NCBI RefSeq assembly: GCF_019464535.1
Contig: NZ_CP080507.1
Location: 150,001 to 182,000 of the forward strand
Origin: Horticoccus luteus
GTDB lineage: Bacteria; Verrucomicrobiota; Verrucomicrobiia; Opitutales; Opitutaceae
Length of the DNA stretch: 32,000 nucleotides
Reading direction: 5' to 3'
Shown here: positions 1 through 7,450 of the stretch, one piece after another
Layout of the letters: every line of letters begins with the position of its first letter
Numbering within the stretch: the stretch's first letter is position 1
Program-made: the position numbers and the translations under genes
Notes under the pieces: generated by a model
Seen by the model: the letters and a program-made list of their open reading frames with translations, nothing else
What the model was told of the DNA's origin: nothing
The model's database searches: none

Positions 1-474
1 TTTTGTCGGCGAGCGCTCGCGCCCGCCACCGAGCCGCTCATCCCGTTGCACGAAGAATGGACCGCGCTGACGGATTATCTCGCCATGGAAAAAGCGCGCT
101 GGGAGTCGCGTCTGCAAATCGAGACCCAACTCGACCCGGCGCTCGCCGGCGTGCGCGTGCCGCCGTTGTTGCTCCAGCCGCTCGTCGAGAACGCCGTCAA
201 ATATGGCCAGCGAACGACGCCGCTCGGCGTGCTCCATCTGCACGTGACCGCAGCCCGCGAAGACTCGACGCTCGTGATCCTCGTGGCCAACACCGGCCGT
301 TGGGTGCAGCCCGTCGCCACGCCTGACCACACTTCGACGTTGGTCGGCCTCAACAATGTCCGCGCGCGCCTCGCCGTTTGTTATTCGACCCAGGCCTCGC
401 TGACCTTCACGGAGGAGCCGGGCTGGGTTCGCGCCACGCTCCGCATTCCCTTCCACACGCTCTCCGCCTCCTGA
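1..474 (+). CDS. Sensor histidine kinase, LytS/YehU type (His_kinase + HATPase_c); C-terminal fragment, 5' end upstream of window
   Basis: Frame 1 is open from nt 1, and the listed TTG at 46 is only an internal codon. The ATPase N-box-like block is LLLQPLVENAVKYG, followed by ILVANTGRW and LNNVRARL. The stop is at 472-474, 6 nt before the response-regulator start. This is the typical kinase-regulator operon layout. Confidence 0.85.
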   Translation, partial: FCRRALAPATEPLIPLHEEWTALTDYLAMEKARWESRLQIETQLDPALAGVRVPPLLLQPLVENAVKYGQRTTPLGVLHLHVTAAREDSTLVILVANTGRWVQPVATPDHTSTLVGLNNVRARLAVCYSTQASLTFTEEPGWVRATLRIPFHTLSAS

Positions 475-480
475 CCAGCC

Positions 481-1179
481 GTGCCCCCGACCGCCCTGAT
501 CGTCGATGACGAAGCGCCCGCCCGGCGCGAGTTGTCCTTCCTGCTCAAAGCCCATCCGCACATCAACGTGGTCGCCGAAGCGGCCACGCTCGCCGAAGCC
601 CGCGCCGCGCTGCAAGAGCACGCCCCTGACCTTGTATTTCTCGACATTCACCTCATGGGCGAAAACGGGTTCGATCTCGCCCCCGACATCCGATCCGCCA
701 CCCGGGTCATCTTTGTCACCGCCGACGACACCGCCGCGCTCCGGGCCTTCCGCGTTAATGCCCTGCACTACCTCCTCAAGCCGATCAGTCCTGCCATGCT
801 GGCCGACGCCATCGACCGGCTCTCTCCGCTGCGACTGAACGAGCCGCCCGACGACGAACGCGTCCTGCTGCGCTCGAGCGGAGCCCGGCGCTTTGTCCAC
901 CCCAGCGAAATCATCGTCCTCGAGGCCGTCGGCGCCTACACCCGCGTTTATCTCACGGATGGCACCCGTCCGCTGGTGCTTCGTTCGCTCAAATCATGGC
1001 ACGAGACATTGCCGCCGCCCGCTTTTTTGCGCATTCATCGCAACGCCATCGTCAACCTCGCCCGTGTTCAGTCCGTGAGCCAAAACCGCGTCGTTGAGCT
1101 CGCTCCCGGCGCGCTGCGCTTCGAAGCCAGTCGACGCGAAATTTCCGCCCTCCGCGCCCGACTCGCCGGCGAACGATAG
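481..1179 (+). CDS. LytTR/AlgR-family response regulator (receiver + LytTR DNA-binding domain)
   Basis: 232-aa ORF with a GTG start. The receiver domain shows LIVDDE, the phospho-acceptor context LVFLDIHL, and LLKP. The C-terminal LytTR domain shows IIVLEAVGAYTRVYL...LKSWHETLPPPAFLRIHRNAIVNL. Confidence 0.9.
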   Translation: MPPTALIVDDEAPARRELSFLLKAHPHINVVAEAATLAEARAALQEHAPDLVFLDIHLMGENGFDLAPDIRSATRVIFVTADDTAALRAFRVNALHYLLKPISPAMLADAIDRLSPLRLNEPPDDERVLLRSSGARRFVHPSEIIVLEAVGAYTRVYLTDGTRPLVLRSLKSWHETLPPPAFLRIHRNAIVNLARVQSVSQNRVVELAPGALRFEASRREISALRARLAGER

Positions 1180-1191
1180 ACCGGAGGCGGA

Positions 1192-1252
1192 GCGTTCCTC
1201 CGTTCGTGCAGAATCCGATACCGTTCATGCAGCTCGCATCGCGTTCGTTTTC
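1192..1252 (+). promoter_or_regulatory. Cluster of same-orientation AlgR/LytTR-like 9-mers (candidate response-regulator binding sites) upstream of tpsA
   Basis: The 9-mers are GCGTTCCTC (1192-1200), CCGTTCGTG (1200-1208), CCGTTCATG (1221-1229) and GCGTTCGTT (1241-1249). The second and third extend to a 12-nt repeat, CCGTTC(G/A)TGCAG, at 1200-1211 and 1221-1232, with starts exactly 21 bp apart. GTTC cores lie at 1202, 1223 and 1243, with a weak one at 1264. Each 9-mer matches the published P. aeruginosa AlgR core CCGTTCGTC at 7-8 of 9 positions. Confidence 0.4.
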
Positions 1253-1276
1253 GCAGCCATCAGGTTCCGCTACGAA

Positions 1277-4200
1277 ATGCCCTCCTCCAAGGCCCGGCGC
1301 ACCCAACCCTTTCTCGCATTTTTTCGCACGCGGCTGACGCCGTTCACTTTCCCCGTGGCCATCGCCGCGCTCGCGCCGCTTGTGGTGCTTCCCCAAGGCT
1401 ACGCGTTGCCCGCCGGCCCGCAGGTCGTGGCAGGCGACGTTACCATCGGCCGTTCCGGAAACACCCTTAACATCGCCCAAGGCTCCCAACACGCCGTCGT
1501 CAACTGGCAAGGCTTCGACATCGCGCAAAACGAGCTCGTCCGCCTTCGCCAGACCAGCAACGCCGCCATGCTCGCGCGTGTCACCGGCGGCAATCCCACC
1601 CAACTTCTCGGCACGCTTCAGGCCGACGGAAAACTTTTCCTCATCAATCCCAAGGGCATCGTGGTCGGTCAGGGCGCGGTGATCGATACCGCGGCCTTCA
1701 TGGCGTCCACGCTTGATGTGAGCGATGCGGATTTCCTGCGCGGTGGCGCGCTGACGTTCAAAGGCGACAGCGCCGCCGGCGTCGCGAATTACGGTGAGAT
1801 CACGGCTCGCGAAGGCAGCGTAATGCTGTTCGCCCACACCGTAAAAAACGCCGGCCAGATCAACGCGACCAACGGCACCGTCGGTCTCGGTGCAGGCACC
1901 GAGGTTTACCTCGCGGCCCCCGACGCCACCGGCTTTGTCATCAAGAGCAACCTGCCCGCCACGACGAAGAAAACCGGTGTGGACAACGCCGGCGTCATCG
2001 CCGCCGCCCAAGCGCAATTGGAAGCCGCCGGCGGCAGCATCTACGAACTCGCGGTCAACCAAAGCGGCGTCATCCGCGCCACGGGCACGGCCACCGTCAA
2101 CGGCCGCGTGCTGCTCACCGCGAATGGCGGCACCGTCGGTGTGAGTGGCCAAGTCTCCGCGCGCAATGCCGACGGCTCCGGCGGCAACCTCCTCGTCGGC
2201 GGCGACTATCATGGGGCCAACGCCAACGTCGCGAACGCCGCCCGCACGGTCGTCACGTCCACCGGTCAACTCGATGCCAGCGCCGCCACTGCGACCGCGA
2301 AGGCCGGGCGCGTGATTGTCTGGTCGGACGACGCCACGCGGTTTCTCGGCACCCTCAACGCCACGGGTGCCGACGGCGGTTTTGCCGAGGTCTCCGGCCA
2401 GCACTGGCTCGATTTTAATCCCGTTGCGCCCGTGCAACTCGGCACCGCCGGCAGCCTGTTGCTCGATCCCGATGCGCTCGTCATCAGCGCCGACGCCGAC
2501 GCTGGCACCAGCACCAGCGGCACCAATCCGTTCACCTTCGGCGCGACGACCGAACCCGCCACGCTCAACGTCACCACGCTGCAAAACCAGCTGGCCGCGA
2601 CCAACGTCATCCTCGACACCTCGACCTCCACCGGTGACATCACGTTCAACGCCGCGGTCACTTGGGCGACCAACAACGCCCTGACCGTTCGCTCCGGCAA
2701 TAACATCACGATCAACGCCGACATCACCGGAGGCGCCGCCAGCACCCTCGCGCTCTACACCGCCCGCACCGCCGACCGGCCGCCGGAAACGGACCTGCCC
2801 CCCATCGAAGGTCAAGTGACGCTCGACAGCAACGCCACCATCACGGTTGGCACGCTGACCTACGGAACTAACGAGGCCTCTGACCCCGGTCCCGACTACA
2901 CCTTGGATACACCGTTGCAGACCGGAACCGCGTTTTTGAACGGCAACCTCAACGTCAACACCCTCAACGTGGATCTTTCCGGTGGTGGCGCGAGCGTCTA
3001 CGCCGACGGCGCCAATAACGCGATCGGCGCTTTCACCACCACCGGCATCGGCACGCTCAGAGGCGCTTACATCCTCGATCAGCAAGGCGGGCTCGACGTA
3101 TCGCTCAATTCCGCCACCGCCGGCGGGCCCTACTTGCAATTCATCACCCCCGGCACATTGACGCTTAAAAGCGGGAGCAGCCTCAACTTCGCCTCGACGG
3201 GCACCGTGGTGCTCGCCTCCACCGGCGGCGCAGTCGTCAACGAGGCCGGCCCCGATGTCTTCGGCGCCAACGCCCGCTTTCTCATCTATACGAATACGAC
3301 CGCCGCCACGCTCAAGAACGGACTGACCGGCACGGAGGTCTTTAACCATCCTTACAACGAGAACGATTACTACGACGACACCGTCTCCCGTTTCTTTTTC
3401 TCCGCCCCCTCTGGTTCACCGATCCTCACCTATACCGCCGATAGTTTTGCGCGCACTTACGGCGCGGCCAATCCCGCCCTCACCTTCACGCGCAGCGGGC
3501 TGATCGGTGGCGTTACCGACGACGTCACCGGCGCGCCGACGTTGGCCGCCACCGCCACGCAAAGTTCGGGCGCCGGCGCGTATGCAATCAACATCTCCGC
3601 TGGCACGCTCGCCTCGTCCAATTACGATTTTGGTTTCGTGCCTGGCACGCTCACCATCGACCGCGCACCGCTGACGATCACGGCCAACGACCAGACTCGC
3701 CGCATCAACCTCGCCAACCCCGACTTCGACGCGACGTTCTCCGGTTTCGTGCTTGGTGAGACGTCATCCGCGCTCGCCGGCACCTTGGCCTTCGCCACCC
3801 CGGCCACGCTCTCCTCGCCGGCCGGCACGTATGCGATCACGCCCTCCGGACTCACGTCAGCCAACTATGCGATCTCGTTCGTGCCCGGCACGCTCACGTT
3901 GACTCAGATCACCGCGCTCCTCATCTCGGCGGACGATTTTTCCCGCACCTACGGCGCAGCCAATCCAACATTCACCGCGAGCTACACCGGTTTCGTAAAC
4001 GGCGAAACGTCGTCCGTGGTCAGCGGTCTGCAATTCAACACGGCCGCCACGCAAACCTCGGGCATCGGCACCTACACGATCACGCCGTTTGGCGCCACGG
4101 CCGCCGGATACGACATCAGCTATGCTTCCGGCACTCTCACGATCAACCGGGCGCCGCTGACCATCTCCGTGCCTAACCAGGCGCGCACCTACGGCGATGC

Positions 4201-7200
4201 GAACAACCTCTTCGCCAATTTCAACGGCCTCGTGAACGGCGAGTCCTCATCCGTCGTCAGCGGCCTCTCGCTCACCACCGCCGCCACGCCCAGCTCGGAT
4301 GTCGGCACTTACGCCATCACCGCCGCCGGCGCGACCGCCGACAATTACAGCATCACTTACTCCCAAGGCACCTTGTCCGTGCTGACCGCTCCACTGACCG
4401 TGAGCATCGCCAATGCCACGCGGAGTTACGGCGACGCGGATCCGGCGTTCAGTTATCAGGTTTCCGGACTGAAAAATAACGACCTCGCCGCGAACGTGGT
4501 CAGCGTGACCGGCCTCGCCTCGCTCGCCTCCGCCGACGCGGGCATCGGCAGTTACGGCATCATCGGTTTCTCGTCGGTGATCTCGCCCAATTATTCCGTC
4601 ACCACGCAGGCCGGCGACCTCACGATCACACCGCGACCACTGACGATCACCGCGGATAATCAAAGCCGCGTTTACGGTGACGCGAATCCAACCCTCACCG
4701 CTACGTTTAGCGGTCTCGCGTCGTTCGACACCCCGGCTCTCTTTGGCAACCTCGGTCTCACGACGCAGGCCACACCATCGTCCGGCGTCGGTGACTGGGG
4801 CATCACCTTCCCTACGGTCACGAACCGGAACTACACGATCACGCCGCAGTATGGCACCCTCGCCATCACGCCGGCTCCGCTGACGTTACTGCCGCTGATC
4901 GAGCTCACGCGCGTTTACGGTCACGCCAATCCTGATCTCACCCCGCCGGCGGTCAGCGGACTCAAGCTCACCGACACCTCCGCCAACCTCGGACTGGCTT
5001 TCACCACGCCTGCATTAACGGCCGACGTCGGCACCTACTCTTACGAGCTCACCACCAACAATTCGAACTACACACTTCCCTCGGCGACCGGCGAGTTCCG
5101 CGTGGCCCCCGCACCGCTGACCGTCGGCATAACCCCGACTGGCCGCCGCTATGGCGACGCCAATCCCACGAGTTATGAGATCACCGCCCACGGTCTCGCG
5201 TTTTCCGATACCGCCGCTGCGGTCATCGGAGTCAGCAACCCCACCGAGCTCACGACCGACATCGGCACCTATGCCGTTTCGCCGCTGCTCCTGAACCACA
5301 ACTACGTGATCGATTCGTTCACCGGTGGCGGGTTTGTGATTTCACCGCGCGTGCTCACGTTCACGGCGGCTGACCGCACCAAGGTTTACGGCGAGGTGAA
5401 TCCGTCCTTCTTCGGGTCGATCACCGGATTCGCCGACGGCGACAGCGAACTCAACATCGTCAAAAACTACGGCTTCGTCACGCTCGCCGGCCCGTCCTCG
5501 GACGTCGGCTCCTACGCGATCCGGCCCACGGCGCAGACCACCACGCCCAACTACATAGCGACGTTCGTGGACGGCACGCTCTCGGTGACCCCCGCGCCTT
5601 TGACCGTCACAATCGCCAACGCCACCCGCAACTACGGTCAGGCGAATCCGGTTTTCGCCGTCGCCAGCGCCCAAGGCCTGAAGAATCACGATGCGCTCAC
5701 CTCGTTGGATCTGACGTTGTTCTCCACCGCCACCGCGGCTTCGCATACGGGGTTCTATCCGATCCTTGGATCAAGCGCTGCGCCCAACTACACGGTTACG
5801 TTCGCTCAAGGCACGCTCACCGTGGAGCGAGCTGAAGCCACCATCGCCGTCGGCACCGCGAACCGCCCGTTCGGCGATCTCCTCACGGCCGCGAACCCGT
5901 TCGCGCTGACCTTCACGGGGTTTCTTCCGGCCGACGAACCGCTGGCGCAGAGCAACTGGAAAGTGGAGTTTAACGACGACGCCTCGTTCGCCCCGGGCGG
6001 CCATCCGGTGCCCGCCGCGGCGACGAATGCGGCGACCACCGCGGCGCTCAGCGAGAATTACAACATCTCCGTTCTGCTGGGTTCGTTGAACGTGACGCCG
6101 CGCCCCGTGACCATCACCGCCGCCGACCATTCCGTCGCGTTCGGCACGAAGATCCCCGACTCCTTCGCCGAACTCACGCCCGCAGTGCCCGCGGGCTCGC
6201 CGGCATTCAGTGTGATCGGCCACCCCGACACCAGCGGCGGAGCGGCGGGACATTTCATCGTTGTGCCGAGCGTGGTGCCGGCCGCGGGCGTGACGCAGGA
6301 AACGCTCGATCGCTATTTCACCTTCGATCTCAAGCCGGGCGCACTCTCGATCGATCTGCCCAAGGACAACGTCGATCTCACCCAGCAAATTGATCCGTCG
6401 CGCCTCAACACGACGAACAACACCATCATCAACCGCACGAACACGATCGACCCCGCCACCGTCAACGTGGAGCACGATACGAAGCTCACGATCGCGGCCC
6501 AGACGGAGGTGGCCTTCGACACCGCGCCGCTGACCAAGACCGATTTCGCCAACTATTTCGCGACCTTCTCCGGGCAAGCGGACGCGGTGAAGCAGGCGAT
6601 GGCCGACAGCTACAGCGACCTCCTTAAAGGCAAAGGGCAGAAGGACAGCAGCTATGAGGCGATGACTGCGAATGCCCGCCAAATGCTCGCGGACTGGATG
6701 AGCGGGGCTTTGTCGGTCGACGATCTGCGCAGCCGGGTCGCCTCCGGCGACGCCGACGCCGCCACGGCGTTCGGGTTCATCCTGCCGGCCTTGGTCAATC
6801 TGTCTCGCGCCAAAGACGTGGCCGACATGACCCCGATGGATCGCCAGGTTCTGGGCCGGCTCGCCGATCTCACGGAGCAGAGAAGATCTGATACCATCAA
6901 AATTGCGCAGGAGAAATACGCGGACATGGTCAAAACCAACGCGGAGCGGGCGAAGCTCGCGGGCCTGTCCACACTCTTCATCGGACCGGGAGACTTCAAA
7001 TCGATCGTCGAGGGAGCCAGTCAGGATGCGATGGCGCGATATATGGGTGCGACGCTCGGGGCTGGGGCCGGCACCGGCGCCGGCGCGGCGGTGCTCCTGT
7101 CGGTGCCCGCGATTGCGACCGCGATCTTCCCGCATGCCGGAACCCTTGTCGTAAGCACCAGTGCGGTGGGCGAAACCGTCGGGACGTTTACCTCGTCGGC

Positions 7201-7450
7201 GGGGGCGAGCATGGGTGCATCCGCCGCGGGCCCGGCCGTCGCGATCGCGATGGCGGTCGTGCTTGCGGTCCGCGCCGTGCAAATCGGCGACAGCGTCAAG
7301 AATGAGCAGGACTATAACAACCTGATCAAATCGTGGCCGCCCGGTGAACAGATCACCTCCATCGCGGACCTGAAAAGCAGTGCGATGGATCAGGACATGA
7401 AGCTTTCGACCCTGATGCTCTCTGCGGACCTCCTCAAATCCACGCCATGA
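1277..7450 (+). CDS. Two-partner-secretion exoprotein (TpsA; filamentous-haemagglutinin N-terminal TPS domain, MBG-repeat stalk, unrecognised C-terminal domain), 2057 aa
   Basis: The ORF is open from 1094, but that part overlaps the regulator gene. ATG 1277 gives a signal peptide, MPSSKARRTQPFLAFFRTRLTPFTFPVAIAALAPLVVLPQGYA. The TPS (haemagglutination activity) domain spans about 1406-2300: NWQGFDIAQNELVRLRQ...ARVTGGNPTQLLGTLQADGKLFLINPKGIVVGQGAVIDTAAFMASTLDV. A GGFAEVSGQHWLDF...LLLDPDALVI block follows, then about 12 MBG modules. The stop overlaps the tpsB start (ATGA). Confidence 0.9.
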   Translation: MPSSKARRTQPFLAFFRTRLTPFTFPVAIAALAPLVVLPQGYALPAGPQVVAGDVTIGRSGNTLNIAQGSQHAVVNWQGFDIAQNELVRLRQTSNAAMLARVTGGNPTQLLGTLQADGKLFLINPKGIVVGQGAVIDTAAFMASTLDVSDADFLRGGALTFKGDSAAGVANYGEITAREGSVMLFAHTVKNAGQINATNGTVGLGAGTEVYLAAPDATGFVIKSNLPATTKKTGVDNAGVIAAAQAQLEAAGGSIYELAVNQSGVIRATGTATVNGRVLLTANGGTVGVSGQVSARNADGSGGNLLVGGDYHGANANVANAARTVVTSTGQLDASAATATAKAGRVIVWSDDATRFLGTLNATGADGGFAEVSGQHWLDFNPVAPVQLGTAGSLLLDPDALVISADADAGTSTSGTNPFTFGATTEPATLNVTTLQNQLAATNVILDTSTSTGDITFNAAVTWATNNALTVRSGNNITINADITGGAASTLALYTARTADRPPETDLPPIEGQVTLDSNATITVGTLTYGTNEASDPGPDYTLDTPLQTGTAFLNGNLNVNTLNVDLSGGGASVYADGANNAIGAFTTTGIGTLRGAYILDQQGGLDVSLNSATAGGPYLQFITPGTLTLKSGSSLNFASTGTVVLASTGGAVVNEAGPDVFGANARFLIYTNTTAATLKNGLTGTEVFNHPYNENDYYDDTVSRFFFSAPSGSPILTYTADSFARTYGAANPALTFTRSGLIGGVTDDVTGAPTLAATATQSSGAGAYAINISAGTLASSNYDFGFVPGTLTIDRAPLTITANDQTRRINLANPDFDATFSGFVLGETSSALAGTLAFATPATLSSPAGTYAITPSGLTSANYAISFVPGTLTLTQITALLISADDFSRTYGAANPTFTASYTGFVNGETSSVVSGLQFNTAATQTSGIGTYTITPFGATAAGYDISYASGTLTINRAPLTISVPNQARTYGDANNLFANFNGLVNGESSSVVSGLSLTTAATPSSDVGTYAITAAGATADNYSITYSQGTLSVLTAPLTVSIANATRSYGDADPAFSYQVSGLKNNDLAANVVSVTGLASLASADAGIGSYGIIGFSSVISPNYSVTTQAGDLTITPRPLTITADNQSRVYGDANPTLTATFSGLASFDTPALFGNLGLTTQATPSSGVGDWGITFPTVTNRNYTITPQYGTLAITPAPLTLLPLIELTRVYGHANPDLTPPAVSGLKLTDTSANLGLAFTTPALTADVGTYSYELTTNNSNYTLPSATGEFRVAPAPLTVGITPTGRRYGDANPTSYEITAHGLAFSDTAAAVIGVSNPTELTTDIGTYAVSPLLLNHNYVIDSFTGGGFVISPRVLTFTAADRTKVYGEVNPSFFGSITGFADGDSELNIVKNYGFVTLAGPSSDVGSYAIRPTAQTTTPNYIATFVDGTLSVTPAPLTVTIANATRNYGQANPVFAVASAQGLKNHDALTSLDLTLFSTATAASHTGFYPILGSSAAPNYTVTFAQGTLTVERAEATIAVGTANRPFGDLLTAANPFALTFTGFLPADEPLAQSNWKVEFNDDASFAPGGHPVPAAATNAATTAALSENYNISVLLGSLNVTPRPVTITAADHSVAFGTKIPDSFAELTPAVPAGSPAFSVIGHPDTSGGAAGHFIVVPSVVPAAGVTQETLDRYFTFDLKPGALSIDLPKDNVDLTQQIDPSRLNTTNNTIINRTNTIDPATVNVEHDTKLTIAAQTEVAFDTAPLTKTDFANYFATFSGQADAVKQAMADSYSDLLKGKGQKDSSYEAMTANARQMLADWMSGALSVDDLRSRVASGDADAATAFGFILPALVNLSRAKDVADMTPMDRQVLGRLADLTEQRRSDTIKIAQEKYADMVKTNAERAKLAGLSTLFIGPGDFKSIVEGASQDAMARYMGATLGAGAGTGAGAAVLLSVPAIATAIFPHAGTLVVSTSAVGETVGTFTSSAGASMGASAAGPAVAIAMAVVLAVRAVQIGDSVKNEQDYNNLIKSWPPGEQITSIADLKSSAMDQDMKLSTLMLSADLLKSTP
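3431..6355 (+). repeat. Tandem array of about 12 MBG-type (YG-motif) protein modules inside tpsA, about 75-80 codons each
   Basis: The recurring pattern is (A/S/T)R(T/V/S)YG(A/D)ANP...(S/T)G(F/L)(V)NGE(T/S)SS...T(A/Q)AT..S..G(T)Y.I....T..NY.I....GTL(T/S)I...PLTI. It was counted 12 times by eye. The DNA copies are diverged, and only short identical stretches were seen. Confidence 0.8.

Noticed and set aside
1094-1276. Upstream extension of the TpsA ORF (MSSLPARCASK...), which would give 2118 aa.
   Set aside because: It would overlap the response-regulator gene by 86 nt and run through the intergenic repeats. ATG 1277 yields a proper signal peptide immediately before the TPS domain.
1052-3349. 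Very long antisense or alternative-frame ORFs throughout the window. Examples: 1052-3349(-), 5771-7282(-), 8245-9078(-), 10752-12134(+), 12971-14347(+), 14405-15943(+), 15940-17079(-), 17951-18943(-), 19120-20208(+), 19337-20344(-), 20539-22080(-), 22726-23757(-), 26124-27071(-), 27072-28520(-), 28551-29489(-), 29559-31178(-).
   Set aside because: Each lies opposite to, or out of frame with, a gene that has clear family motifs. Their translations are Arg/Gly/Ala/Pro-rich low-complexity strings with no recognisable motifs. Stop-poor shadow frames of this kind are expected in DNA of about 65-70% GC.
6356-7447. Calling the TpsA a CdiA contact-dependent-inhibition toxin.
   Set aside because: No VENN/ELYN-type pretoxin boundary motif was seen, there are no FHA-1/FHA-2 repeat regions, and no cdiI-like ORF follows tpsA. 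It is kept only as a generic TpsA with a candidate membrane-active C-terminus.
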